Assembly (NCBI RefSeq): GCF_036321535.1
Contig: NC_087437.1
Coordinates: forward strand, 12,526,001-12,590,000
DNA from: Camelus dromedarius
Lineage: Eukaryota
DNA: 64,000 bases
Direction: 5' to 3'
Shown here: piece by piece, positions 11,641 to 25,420 of the stretch
Position numbering within the stretch: position 1 is the stretch's first letter
How the letters are laid out: every line of letters starts with the position of its first letter
Notes under the pieces: model-generated
What the model was told of the DNA's origin: nothing
Databases searched by the model: none
Seen by the model: only the letters and a program-made list of their open reading frames with translations
Translations under genes and position numbers: made by a program

Positions 11641-13514
11641 CCACATTGGGACAAAAGCCTGGAAGCAGGGGTGTGTTATGTTCTAGATTGGGGGTTTCGT
11701 GGGGCAACAAATTAGAAACAAAAACAGGTGGGAGCGTACTTAAGAGAAACAACTCTGTTGTCTTGACCATCTCATTTTTTAAAAATGACATTTTACATCA
11801 AGAAGTAAAAGAAGGAAGAGCTTACAAGGCAGTCTTCCCCAAGAAGGCACAGTTAACAGAAGGACCCCACCCATGGGCACGCTCCCAAATGGGGCTCAGT
11901 CGTGCTCTCTCCGCTTTGCCACTGATGGGCGGAAAATTCCCATCCCTGAGCCAGTGCCCAGCCCACATGGGGAGCCGGGGCGAGGCCTCCCCGCGAGGCG
12001 CAGCGGGTTGCTTGCTCATGGTCACGCTGCTAGCTGGCTATTTAAAGCAGCCTTTAAGAGTTTAAACTCCACTAGCCCCCACAGTCCCTCAGAGCTAATT
12101 TTGTCCGTTTTCTCATCTCCCTTTGTTTTCCTTGCCTCTGAAGAAGGGAGGCCCTCCTCTCCAGGACAGTGTTCTGCTGCTGGGCTATTTTTTGGGTTTT
12201 GTTTTTTTTTTTTTTCCTGGCAGACAGCAAAGTAGTATGTTCAGTCACAAAAAGTTTTGCAATCAGGAAGATGGATGCCTGCACCTAATTTTAGAACTTC
12301 TATTAAAGACTATAAATGTGCTTAGTGATTTTATTTGACCAAGGCCATTTCAGATGACATTTTTTTTCTCTTGGTTTTAATCAGCATCAATAAACATGAA
12401 CATTATGCTCTGTTTGGAGACCATCCTGGGCTTTGCCTGCCCTTCATAGTTGCTTTGGCTTAGAGGTTTGCTGCAGTGTGGGTCCCGAGAACAAAATAAC
12501 ACGCTAGAGACAATAAGAAAAACAGGACAGTGTCATGCTGCGGTAGCAAAGCTGAATGATGAAGCGTGCCACCAAATTCATTATTTTGGTCCTTGAAACA
12601 CAAAGAATAGGTCCCCTCATAGACCCAGATAACTCGTCTCCTTTATAAAATTGTCCGACAATGGAAAATTTGTTTTTTCTCTCATTTATCAGACGTTTAC
12701 TAAATACCTTCCATGAGACAGGCTCTAGGAACTGAAATGAAAGGTTTTCATGTATTTTTGTTACCCCAAAAGGGGAAGGGAAATGACCCTAGTTCTTGTC
12801 ATACCCGAAAGATAAGAATTCAGATGGGAGACAAAGCATTGTGTAGCAAAAGAATTTACAGGATTTATTTAGCAAAGGGAAAATCCACCTCCAAGAACGA
12901 TCCAAGGGAGGAAGAGCAGCAGTCTTTCAGGGAAGGCTTTAGAGAAGGGATGACTTTAGGGATGTGTAAGCATTTTCCACCTGAGGAAGGGGAGAGACGT
13001 GTTCCGGGCAGAAGCTGAAGATTCATCTGAAAACAAGGGGACGCGGGAGAGCCCGAGAAAAATGACGTGGGCAAGTGGAAACCTACCCATTCTGTTCAGG
13101 CTGGTTTTGCACAGCCCTGTACAGGCATCTGGGGACTAGCCGGGCATTAAAGATGCTTGAACGCTCTCACGGCTCTATCTTCTCAGAGCAGCGCTCTTTA
13201 GACCCGGGGTCGACCCCTCTCTTTCAGAGGTTCTGCTGTGCTCCTTGGTAGCACTTAACACAGGTGTGTTTCACTTGTCTTCACGGAGTCGTTTGCTAGC
13301 AGCCTCCTCTGTCACACTATAAACTGCAGGAAGGCTGGGGCTGGTCTCCTGTCACAGCTTTCTTACAGAAGCCTGGTGCAGGGCTCTGCACGTAGTAGGG
13401 CCTGAATGCAGAGGTGTTTTTTTTTAATCATAAATTAGATATAATTATATAGTAATCAACAGTAATAAATGACATGTAATATATCAGATTTTATTATATT
13501 AATGCACATAGTGG

Positions 13515-14016
13515 TGTTACCAAGTCTAAACTCGTTCTGCTCACCACATGACAGGCCAATAAATCAGAAGACAAGGTGTTGGGGTAAGGTATAATGACTT
13601 TATTTGGGAAGCTAGCAGACTGAGAAGATGGGGGACTAATGTCCTAGAGAACCATCTTACCCAAGTCAGAATTCAGGGTCCTTTTACACTAAAAACGAGA
13701 GGGGGTGTGTTTGGTGTTGGAATCCTTTGTTCTTGCAGCTGTCCATGTAGGTCAGGTCACGATGTCCCCATAAACCTCCAACAAGACAAATGTTATTCTC
13801 TGTTCTGCAACTTTTTATCCCTGTATGAATGGGAAAGTGTTATACCCTTAAAGGTCAGAGCCTTGAGAATGGGCTGCCCTGTATATTTCAGGCTCCAGGC
13901 AGAATTCCTTTACAGAAGGTGCAGAACCAGCACGACTAAGCAGAGGCAACAGAGCACAGGGTTAGAGCCAAAGGAACAGATCTAATACGGAGTCAGATTT
14001 GTTCTTCCCTATTAAA
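13515..14016 (-). mobile_element. ERV1-class solo LTR (MER41-like, ~502 bp)
   Basis: Starts TGTTACC and ends CCCTATTAAA (terminal CA apparently mutated); 4-bp TSD GTGG at 13511-13514 and 14017-14020; AATAAA on the minus strand near 13600. Confidence 0.8.
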
Positions 14017-17000
14017 GTGGTCTAATTTTATATAGTCTATCTAATTATATAATGAATTGCATCTAAATATATAAGGTTTGTGATGATAGATTCATGAAAA
14101 TTTTTATGAAATTTATAAACAGGACCAGGCCTTTGGTGGCCAAAATCCAGCTCAGTTTCCTGTTAATTTCTACCTTTCACCTCAAGGTTAACCTTTTACT
14201 GCAGAAGATACGTTCCTTTGGAAATTGTCTTTAAGCAAACTCTTAAGGATTAGCAACTGGGCCAATATACTCAAAACCACTGTGGGCTCTTGGTGCTTTA
14301 AAGAAAATAAAAAATCTCAGCGTCTAGAATCTACCTCCATATCTAGAAACATCAAGACAGCTGAAGTGGCAATCTGGCTTTCTCTAGTTTTAGTTCCCAC
14401 AGAAGGAGAGAAAGCACTTTTCTTTTGGACAAATGTTCTAAATTGAGAGCTCATTTTGGATTGAAAAAGCAGGAAAAAATCTGTCTTTTTCTTTCCCTTC
14501 TGATATATGAATAAACAGGAAGTGGAGGGTGAATTCTGAATTAGCCTGCAACCCTATTTTTTTTTCTTATGTCGGCGGAGTGAGAACAGTTTATTTAATT
14601 TGGTGGTTTCAAGTGGTTTATAAATTTTTCAACGGTTAAAAGTTCATAACTGCTTGTTTCAATGCTTACTTTGCTTTGTTTGTTGTTTAAAAATATCTAG
14701 AACTCTCTCATTTGCTGTTTTTGTTAGACTAGCTACAAGTTTGTAGTTCTTGGGACAGTTTTCTTCCTTTGTCATGCCACAAAGCAGCAGGTCCCAGTGT
14801 TCTTAGGCGACCTGTTGACTTGAAAATGGCTTACCTCCCTGTGATGTCACAAGTGTCTGTTTCATGAAGTTTTGGTCAATGAAAAAAATTACCAGAAAAT
14901 CAACACTCTTTCCAAATTAAAGCAAAGGCAGGGTGGGGGTGGGGGTACAGCAAAATAAGCTGCTTTTACAAAATTCCTAAAGACCGTCATCTAAAAATGA
15001 ATGTTACAATTTAGTACAATTTCACCAAACAAAAACAAAAATATATTTTTGTCAGAGAAATAAAGGTATACTTTTGGGGTTTCCTGAGAATGATAGAAAT
15101 TACGACTGAAAATCATTTCTGTTAAATAAATTTCACAGCTCAAAGGTTATGAGTGTTTCAGCCTTCTCTCTAAACCTTTTCCTGGAAAGCTTTCAATCCT
15201 CTATTTCCCTCTCCGGGGTGAACTCTTGGAAAGAAATGGTGACAAATCGCCCAGCAAAGGGTGCTCCTGTTTTGCCAGCCCCAGGGCTGCTCTTCCCGAG
15301 GGCAAGGCTGTGAGTCCCTGGTCTTCCCTCTCCAGCTACCTCTCTCCTCACCTGCATACCTGCATAAAATTACAGAAACAATAGAAATACCTTACATTTG
15401 TATTGCCTCTGTGTTTCTAAAGCACGTTCACATCTGGAATTAAGTTCAGCTGAGCTTCGCTGCAGTGAGGAAGAAACTCTCCCAAATGTACCATGCTTGG
15501 TCCAGAATTTCTTCATCAGGTTCAAGGCACGTGTTCCTGGCCGGGACCTTCTCTCTTGCACACAGTGGTTAGGGAGGCAGGCTGCTCCCCGTGCTCTAGC
15601 TTAGCATCCACGAGGTCTGTAGCCTCATCCGATTCTAACCAGTAGGTGGGAAGAAGAAGGCAGAGGAGGTGAACACAGCTCCATGAGAGCCAGGCGTGGA
15701 GGGGCACAGAGCCCTGGAAGGAACTGGTCCCACCACCAGAACCAGCCACAGGAGATGTAGTCTAGCCATGCGCCAGGGGACAGACCTATTATTACCAATA
15801 GGAAAGCAATGAGTGCCTTTGGTGGAGAGCTGACAGTTCCTCCCTTAGGTTTTTCATTTGATCCAATTAGAGACATAGGTGGAAGAGGTTTTTTTTTCCC
15901 TTGCATTTTGTAGGTGAGAAAACACACCAAGTTCTACCATCCATGCCCTTGATTTAGAATCTGATTCTGTTACTGACATGGTTACTATGGAAACCAGCTT
16001 GGCTATATTATACACGTGGTTCACTTAATTTCTCCCCGAATCTTATCAATCTATCTTTTCAAAGACTATGATCCTAAACGTCTTCCTTTCCTAGTGTGTT
16101 CTGTTTTGACATTTTGAGAAACAGGGAAGGCCTTCCCCAGCAGAGGTAGACCTTTCTCAGGGGTTAGATTCCAGCGTCAGCCCAGAAGGCAAAAATCACA
16201 TGTAGCGGGAATGACCCCAGAAAATCCCTTCGGCAGGCAGACTGCTGCAGACTGACATATGTCTCTCATTAAGGCTAACAAAGCCAGCTCTTCCTCCAGC
16301 TTTGGAAGCAGATTGTTGTCCTTTCCGCGGAGAACCAGATGAGATCCTTGTTTTCTGTTTTCATGTTGTACCAAAAATATGTGTCCTTGAGCACAAGAAT
16401 CATACTAGCACACCACAACACCCAAGGCATGAAAATCACACGGCTTTCTAGACATTTCCTTGTTTTTGAGTTGCTATTACCGGCCATAATAGTTTCCTTG
16501 GGATTGGAATTTCTCTTGTGCCTTTCATGAGCTGTGTCTTTTTTTTTTTTTTTCGGTTCAGTATTTTTCCACTTCAGAAAGGTGGCCAGATGTGTTGTAT
16601 GGATAAGCAATGCTAGAATGGGGAAAATGTTGTCCTGTGGACCCTAGCGAGAACTCATCCTGGAAAAATATCTAGAAAGGGGAATAAAACTGTGTGCGTC
16701 TCCCATCCGGACAAAGCTGGCATTGTCCGGAGTGGAGGGGAAAGGCTGGGTTTTGGCAGTACTGCCCCATTAGAGCCTTGTTCCTTGTTCCATATTGAAA
16801 AGATGACATTCCTCTGCTACCAATGTCCTGCGCGGATTTCTGGCACCATTTCTGTGGCCGGCACTGTCGCCTGGGGCATTTGTGTTTGGGTTGGTTTTGT
16901 TTTATTTCAAAAGCAGCACAGTGCAGGCTGCCTAAGTGTACAAGGTAGAATTGTGTTTGTAGAGCTTGTTGTTAGACTTGTCAGGACAGTCAAGGTGGCC

Positions 17001-20000
17001 CATCTGCCAGGGCGTCTGCTTCCTATTCAACTGTGTCACAATGCAAGAAGGCACAAACGGTAAATTTAACTCACTCGCTTGTTCTCAAGGGTTGCTTGAG
17101 GCAGTTTTAACATGGGCCCCCTCCTCCCTCTCAGGATTTCATGTAATGCTTCATTTATAATAGAGATTGGTGGATTTGCAAAGTAAATATTCCAACAGGG
17201 AAAAGCAAAACCTTCAGTGATCCTCTCAGTTCTGCTTCTGTGGAGGCTTTTTTCTATGCCTGGAAAGAAAAAAGAAAAAAAAAAAAACCTTTATATTGGC
17301 TGCAGCTCTGAACTGGAGCATGTAAAATGTACTTCTCAGGTTCTGTGAGCTTTAAAATAATGAGTGATGGAAAAGTCTGAGGCAGGTCAGCAAGGGGGAG
17401 GAACTTTGGATTTATAAAGGATCTTCATGGTTAAACAAATTTGGAAAAACGAGAATGATCAAACAACGTTAACTCTCCTCTGCGCTTTTGAATCTGAAAA
17501 GAGCTGCATTCTCAGGGCACAACACCACCATTCATATGGGCTGGAAAGTCCCCCAAATCATGAAAATTATCCTGATTAGTCAAACCCGTCAGGGATCATC
17601 TGACTGCTCCTTAGAGAAATGAGAATTTCAGTGTGCATCTCACTTCTGTGCTTTGTACTCAAGTTGTAGACAAGCTACCCTGTATCTGGGGACTCTGGGA
17701 GTGTGGGCACACTTCCAGCCAAGAAAGGCTTCTGAAAACTACTGCCCTCTTTTCCATGTCTACTTATTAGCATAAAGAATTAGTCTCAGATGAAAAGAAT
17801 CTTGAAGGGGGTCATTTTTTTTTTGATGTTTATCAGTTTCCAGAGGCATGTCCCACAGTGTTAGATCGTCCTTCAGCTGGCTGGTCCCCTAGGTTAGAAA
17901 GTGTATGCATCCAGTACTCCATGAGATGGCTTTTGATGGTTTCTATTCCATTTGAATGCACAATATCTCATGTTTATGATTTCATCAAAAAAACACTGAG
18001 CTAAAATCCTTGAAGAGCTCTCAGTACATTTGTTGTATCCAACAGTGATGGTAAAAGTGTGTAAGTTATTAGTCCAATGCCAGAAATGATGGGAAAGGAA
18101 TTAGAAATTGAGTCTATGTATTCTGGTTATTCCCTCAAAATGGGATTAAATGTAAAATTCCTCATCCAGTTGCATTTTGGTCTTAAATTATTATTTCCTG
18201 CTTTAAGAGTTCGGTGGGAAATACCTTCACTTTAAATGAGTTATTTGATGCTAATTCTTGCCTGTTGATCAAAATTTTGAGTTTCGTGTATATATTACAC
18301 ACACAAATATCAAATCTTTTTCTGTAAATATTTGTGGCAGGTAGGCTCTGCACAAAATGATGAATTATATCAAAGCCTAAATGGGTCTAATAACCACTGG
18401 ATAGATTTGGTTTTAAAGCCAAATAATGAAGTAATTTCTTTCACTACACCCACATGTGGGATGTTTGCACAGGGTTGATATCATGGACCCAGTGGTTAAG
18501 ACACCTAAAAGGGTATCTTTTAATTAGTAAGTCTAGATCAGATATTCCTTTTCTGTTTGATTCCCTTCCATCCATCTTATTCTTTGTGAGTCCCCTGCTT
18601 CGAAAACCATCTTCCTGTAGTCTGCGATGCACACTCTGGGAAACAGAGCCCTGGAGGAGAGAGGAGGGCAGTGACCTCCAAGGAGCCCGTCCTTGCCTGT
18701 ATTATGTCTGGTGGGTGGGCTGTTGTCAGTTCCTCTAGGCACGCGCATGAGACAGAGGTAGAAACTGAAGACGAGTTATGTTTGAATCATTTAGCGGCTT
18801 CTTTTAAAATATGAAAGCTGAGAATCCTACAAGGACATATACAAATCATTTGAATAAGATAAAAAAAAATGATAGAGATAAATTTTGGAAACTTAATATC
18901 TTTGTACCACTTGGTTTTTTTTTCCTTCAAGTCATCTGGGAAGTGGGGGGATGTGGTTCTGAGGTCCCACTCTCAGGACCAAGCCCTCTCTTCTGCCATC
19001 ACCAAGCCCTCTGTCGCTTCCACTCACAGCTCATTGACTGGAGCAATTCTTCAGGCGCTGCCTAATCCAATGGCATGATTTGCAGTCATACCATGTGTCT
19101 AAAAGGAGGAGAGGAGACAGTGTTGGTAAACGTCCCTAGCATTTACCCCTCTGCTTCAAGAATCGCCATGATTGTATCTTTTCCACAGTTGCCTGCTTCC
19201 CAGTGCAGGTGCCTTGTTGATATGTATGGTTGATATGTTCGTCTGCATTTCCATCAGTGAAGGTGAGCTCCCTGCTCAGGATCACACTCTCCTGTTCCCT
19301 TGGCAGGGGGTTTATGTAAATCCTTTTGGGTAAAAACACTTACTTGTCTGTACCTTCTATTTTGTATACCCTTCTTCTCTGCCCAGCGTGTTTACAAATT
19401 TCTATCCTTCACAAGATAGATTTAAGAAAAACATATGGCGTCCCACCCTAAGTTGCCTCTCTCTGGACTGCGATTGGTCATACCATATCTGTCATTTTCA
19501 TTTCCCGTAATCTCCCCTGCCTCGCTGGAGACTCCCCAGTTAGGAGCAGCTGCTCTCCCTGTCTTTATGTGAGAGACCCAGTCTTGGACCTACCACTGTC
19601 CCTTTCTGTGTAATTATCATGTCTCCAGTGTGACTTGTTGAGTCTTCACTGACTTAGAAGCAAGGCAGCCATCCTGACGTGCCAGGGTTCCCGCAGTGGA
19701 GTGGAACTTCCTCTGTTGCACTTACTGCTATTTGAAATTATACCATTAATTGTCTACTTATTCACTGGTTTTCTCTCCACTAGTTAAGTACCATGAGTCT
19801 TCTTTTCTGTATTTCTAGTGTCCATGATAGAGCTTGCAATGATGTAGGCACCCCATAGATGTCTGTTGAATGAATGTATAATAAAATTGGAAGCTTTAGG
19901 GAAAAAACAAGCAGGATTAGAGCACGGTGGTGCCCCATGACTGTGTTAGCCTTTGCCCTGTAATCACTTGGACCAACGGGGCAGATGAAGGAAAGGTGTT

Positions 20001-20566
20001 TAAGGTACCATTGACTGAGTATGTCCCAACAGACAGGAGAGGAAGAGGGACAGTTTCAGGAGGCATCCCTACCCTTTCCATTTTTCCTTTCTGGAGGAGC
20101 ATTCTCTGACCACACAGGAGGATGTAGGAGCGTCCACCCCACTCTCCTGCTGTCTCTGCCCTGCCCCCACTGCTGCACGGCTCTTGGGCATGGAACAGAT
20201 GCTGTAAGGGCAACACCTGGGCTCGGTTCACCACCTGATGAGATAGATGGCTCACAGGTGTCTGCCAAGGGTGACTGTTTCCTTATCAATTATTAAGGTC
20301 ACTTCTTGGCCTCGCATTGACCTGGTTTTGAATTTCAAATATTGGTCATTTCCCATTCTTCATATACACCAGTGAAATAACAGATGCTTTCCTTTCATTA
20401 TGAAAAATCCTGTAATTACTAACAAGTCCAGGGCATACCACAGTGAGAATTTATGAATCCAGTATCTCCTTGTGTTATACAGTAAATTTATAGGGTTTAA
20501 TTTCTAAAATAAGTGCACAAGGTAAAAATCGTATAGGGGTAAAATGATCCTTAATCATCCAAACAG

Positions 20567-21165
20567 TGTGTTCCTAGTCACCAGAGCTGTGTGACAAACC
20601 ATCGCAAATGCTAGAGACATAAAACAGCTTTTTTTTGCTTGTGGGTTCTGTGGGTCAGGAATTTAGACAGGACACAGTGGTGCTGGCCTGTCCGGGCCCC
20701 CGCTGAGAAGACAGCATACGGCAGTGCCTGGGGTCGGGGAGGTGGAAGCCTTTGGGGGCGTTTTCAGTTGTGCATTTGGGGGTGGAGGCTGCCTGTTGAC
20801 TAGGACCTCAGCCGGGGCCGTGGACCACATACCGATGCAGACTTTTCGGTGCAGCTTGTGCTTCCTCACAAGGTGGCGATCTCAGAGTCATCAGACTCAT
20901 TACACGGTGGCTCAGAGGTGAAAAGCTAGGGCTGCAGAAGACAGAGTGGAAGCCAGGTGGCCTTCTATTTCCTAGGCTTGGGTGTCCCAAGTGTCCCTTC
21001 TGTCCCACCTGCTGGTTAAAGCGGTCACAAGCCCACCCAGATCCAAGGAGGGGGCATAGACCCTCCCCTCGTTGGTTGGAGCCAGGCCAGTTGCGAGGAG
21101 CATGTAAGGTCACCACTGGGGTCATCTTTGGAAAATCCAATCAGCTGGGTTTTGTTTTGAACCAC
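20567..21165 (-). mobile_element. ERVL-MaLR solo LTR (MLT1F-like)
   Basis: TTCTGTGGGTCAGGAATTTAGACAGG, GGTCACAAGCCCACCCAGATCCAAGG and CATCTTTGGAAAAT motifs. Confidence 0.75.
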
Positions 21166-23535
21166 AGGCTCTTTCTTCAGTTAAACGCGGGATGAAGTAG
21201 GTGCCTTGTTCTTAGGAGCCTGTTGTAGGACATTAGGTGTCTTTATGCACTAGGAAGACTCATGGCTGACTTTGAAAAGTGAGAGCCGAGAGGGACTCAG
21301 GGCCCCACTGATCTTGAACTTCAGGCCGCGCGCTCCCTGAGGTAAACAGCAGGTCGGCATTTGGCTGCCACCCACCTTTAAGTTGCTGTGGGTGGGTTCT
21401 TACTTCACAGGTAACTAAGAAAAATGAAGTAGACTTAGGGCGTACATAATGCCTGTGACACTGGAGAGGGAAAAGGGTAAACCAGGAGGCCCAGGTGAGA
21501 GCCATCTCTGCCAGTGTCCTGGAAACAGGCTGCCCGCTCACCCTCCTGCGCTCCCCTGCTGGTGTCGAGTCATACAATTATTATCTTATTGATTCTAGGC
21601 CACTGAATGAATTTTACTTTTATAAACGTGGGCTCTGACATCCTGTGTTTCCCTGAGCTCCCTGCCAAGAGAGTTATTTATCCCTTTTCGGGCGAGCTAT
21701 TTCTGTGCACGATCAGGTACTGAACTCCCGTTGACTTCGACTGAAATTCTCTTGGCCTCGGTTTGGAAGTTGTCTGTGGGCCTTTAATTACACCCTCTGG
21801 CAAAGGAGAAAGAGCACTTACAACATGCATAAATTCTTACATATTTCCAAGGCTGGGCTGTTTGAAAAAATGCTGTCTGTCTTTCTTCTTCTTCTGTTTT
21901 TTTCCTTTTCCTCTTTGAACTTGGACATGAATTTTTGTAAAGTACAGCATGTCAACGGAAGGGCAGTGAGAAAATATGCAGGGGTATTTACTTTAAAAAT
22001 TACTCATCGTGGTGCATTCATTGGTTTTAGGATGGTAGACCGCATTCTGAGATGAAATGTGTTTTACTTTATCTTCAATGACTGCTTTTAAAAATCTCAG
22101 CCTTGCTGTGTATAGCATTATGCAATCCATGCCTCTCTCTGACCATAAGTTTTATTTTCCTTTTTTCCCATTAGATTAAATACCCCCAAACTATTTATTA
22201 ATTTAAAATTTAAACACAAAACCATGAAATATGCTGACTTTTTGTTCAAGTCCTTCTGAGTAAATAAGTACTTGCCATGACTTTTTAAAGTAACAAATTT
22301 CGTGGGTTCTAAGGAGGTCTGGAGAATGCTGACGTGTTTTTGATGGCTTTTAATGGCAACTGGGTGAAGCAGACTTGTGAGATCTTAGAAGTCTTCAAAT
22401 CCCTTACTTGGCCTCATGGGGTACCACCTCCCCAGCCTGTGCTCTCTCTGGTAAAGGAGGCTGGTCTGTCCCAGCCTGCAGAGTCACAGGCTATGTTAAT
22501 GGCACTGTATGTTTCCACTCCTCCACTGCTGGAGGTTTGGAATAAGCCACTTGGAAGTGAAATAGACTGATCTGATTTCCTCTCCTGTCCCTCTTCATGC
22601 ATTTCCAGCAGCACAGCGACCAGGAATCTGGAAAAGAGCTTTCATGACCCACAAACTGACCATTATTCCCGAATAATGAAAGGTTGGTTGTATTCCTTTA
22701 GAAAAGAGAGGTCCATATACTCCACAGCAAGTGCGATCTTGATGAGACAGAATATTGCTGTTGTGGGGTTCCGGCACCCTCTCCACCTGCACAGTGATTT
22801 CCATCGGACTGGGAGTCAGAACCGGGCCCACCCACTTTCTTGGACAAGCCACTGAAACCCAGTTTCATCTTTTGTGGAAAGAGAATAACAACATCTGAGT
22901 GTTAGGATTGTTTGAGAAACAAACACTGTGGTGTGTACCCAGTGTTTCTTTAGTGAGAAAAGCACTTACATACCACTTACTCTGTGCTGGACACACATTT
23001 TCCTCAGTTAACCCTCACGACGACTCCGTGAAGAAGCTATTACTGCTCACATTTTGCAGGCAAGGCAGAGTTCCTGGGCCGATCTGGAGGGCCCTGACTT
23101 ACTTTACTTTCTCTTTTTCTCTATAAACGTGGTTCTCCACCTGTGATGGCAGCCAGGTTAGATTCAAAATGGTAATTGAGGTCACTAAATTTCATCTTTA
23201 ATATTTTCTGATTTACTGTTCCTTGAAAGGCAAGGGTGCATTTTGGTCATGTTTCATATAATTCTGAAGGTAAATGTCACTACATATGCCAATCCATTTA
23301 ATTGAGTTTAGGGTAAAAGGATGCCAATCATTTTCTGCAAAAATTAACCCCCATTAAGAAGCTGTATGTACTTTTTCATGTTGAAGTTAGATTTACTATT
23401 GGAGTGGAGAATTCGGGTGCCTTATTGGGAGGGCTAGGCAGGTGAGTGAATGATGCAGGCTAATTTGGGACAATAGAGAGTGGTAGGGAATGTGGCAAAA
23501 CAGAAGCTGTCTTCTCATTGATTACTACCCTGTAT

Positions 23536-23718
23536 CAGTGATGTTCATGCTTCAGCATGGATCAGGCTCACCGGGATGGCTTGCTAAACCATAGTTTGCT
23601 GGATCCAGCCTGGAGTCTCAGATTCAGGAGGTCTGGGTGGACTTGAAAATCTGCATTTCTCATGTATTCCCAGGTAATGTAGGGTGCTGGTCCAGGGACC
23701 ACATTTTGAAATTCACTG
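23536..23718. mobile_element. MER5A-like hAT MITE
   Basis: CAGTG...AATCTGCATTTCT..TTCCCAGGTAATG..GCTGGTCCAGGGACCACATTTTGA..CACTG. Confidence 0.85.
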
Positions 23719-24440
23719 CCCTATGGAAATATAGGATTAGCATGGCCTGCTTCCCCAGTGTTTTAAACGAATCTCTCTATTACTTGAGGATGGTGGCTTT
23801 TTCAAGTTCATTTCTGGTTCTCCTGACATTTCGCTACTGAAAAACACTCAGACCGTAGGATGATTAGTCAAGAAGATATTAGGCAGAAACATCAAATCAA
23901 TCTCTTTTGTAATTGAAATCCCCTACTTTTTAAATGTTGGCAATGAATTTTAAAGTTTTTAAGTGACTGTGCTGGCCACCACTGTCTGAGCCAAAATAAA
24001 CATATCTGTTGGCTCAACTCAGTGTTACAGCTTAGCAGTTTGCAACTTCTGCTTTAGATACCAAGATGTAATGGATGAGAATAAAAGAATTAAGGTTTTT
24101 TAATTTCTTTTCTGTGTTTAAAAATATCATGGAAAGCTTTAGCAGAAGAAAAGGAAAGCTAGTCCAGACACCCACAGCACGTGCTTCCCTTTTATGACCG
24201 GAAGTGGAAATCCTCATGAACTGTTAAAATGATCAGAGAGTTCCCTTGATTAGGTGAGTGCACTTTGCGAGCAGTGGTCACTGATTAAGCCTATCAGCCA
24301 GGGACAGAGCAGTCTCCCGTGAAAGATCTTAGCAGAACAATATTTATTTCATCCTCACTTTACCATACATGTGGTACCCCTCTCAGGTTTTTTCCCTCCA
24401 CCTACATCCAACTTGCTTGCTTTCTTGGCCTCGCCTTCCT

Positions 24441-25180
24441 TTTTTTTTCACTTTTAATATATTTTTATTGAAGTACAGTCAGTTTACAATGTTGTGTCAA
24501 TTTCTAGTGTACAACACAGTGCTTCAGTCATACATGAACATACATATATTCATTCTCATATTCTTCTTCACCATAAGTTACTACAAGATATTGAATATTG
24601 TTCCCTGTGCTATACAGTATAAACTTGTTGTTTATCTATTTTATATATAGTAGTTAGTATATGCAAATCTTGAACTCTCAATTTATCCCTTCCCACCCCT
24701 TTCCTCCCCTGGTAACCATAAGTTTTCTATGTCTGAGAGTCTCTTTTTGTTTTGTAAATAAGTTTGTCCATTTTTTTTAGATTCCACGTATAAGTGATAT
24801 CATGGTATATTTCTCTTTTTGGCTTACTTCACTTAGAATGACAAATCTCAAACTCCCAATTTATCCCTTCCCATCCCCATTCCCCCCTGGTAACCATAAG
24901 TTTCTAATCTATGTCTATGAGTCTGTTTCTGTTTTGTAAATAAGTTGGTTTTTTTTTTTTAAGACTCCGCATAAGTGATATCATATGATATTTGTCTTTA
25001 TCTCTTGCTTCACTTAGTATGATCATCTCTAGGTCCATCCATGTTGTTGCAAATGACATTATTTCATTCTTTTTTATGGCTGGGTAGTATTCCATTGTGT
25101 GTATCTACCACATCTTCTTTATCCAGTCATCTGTTGATGGACATTTAGGTTGTTTCCATGTCTTGGCTGTTGTAAATAGT
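24441..25180 (-). mobile_element. Young L1 3' end with an internal ~178-bp duplication
   Basis: Poly(T) followed by TTGAAGTACAGTCAGTTTACAATG..; ORF 24904-25095 (MEYYPAIKKNEIMSFATTWMDLEMIILSE) is an L1 motif. Confidence 0.9.
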
Positions 25181-25189
25181 GAAGCAGCT

Positions 25190-25420
25190 AATAGTTTTTA
25201 AGCATTTATGCTGTTTTAGGTTCTTAACATATATTGGCTCATTAATTTTTGAAACAACCCCACGAAATAGAAAACATTACTACCCTCATTTTAAGATAAG
25301 AAAGCATAGCACAGAGAGGTTGTGACCCATCTGAGATCACACAGTTAATAACAGGCAGAAATGGGACTTGAACTCAGGCCATTCAGCAACAGGCCCTGAG
25401 CCCACAACCACTGGACTGCC
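25190..25420 (-). mobile_element. MIR SINE
   Basis: CATTTTAAGATAAGAAAGCATAGCACAGAGAGGTT..GATCACACAGTTAATAAC..GGACTTGAACTCAGG. Confidence 0.75.
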
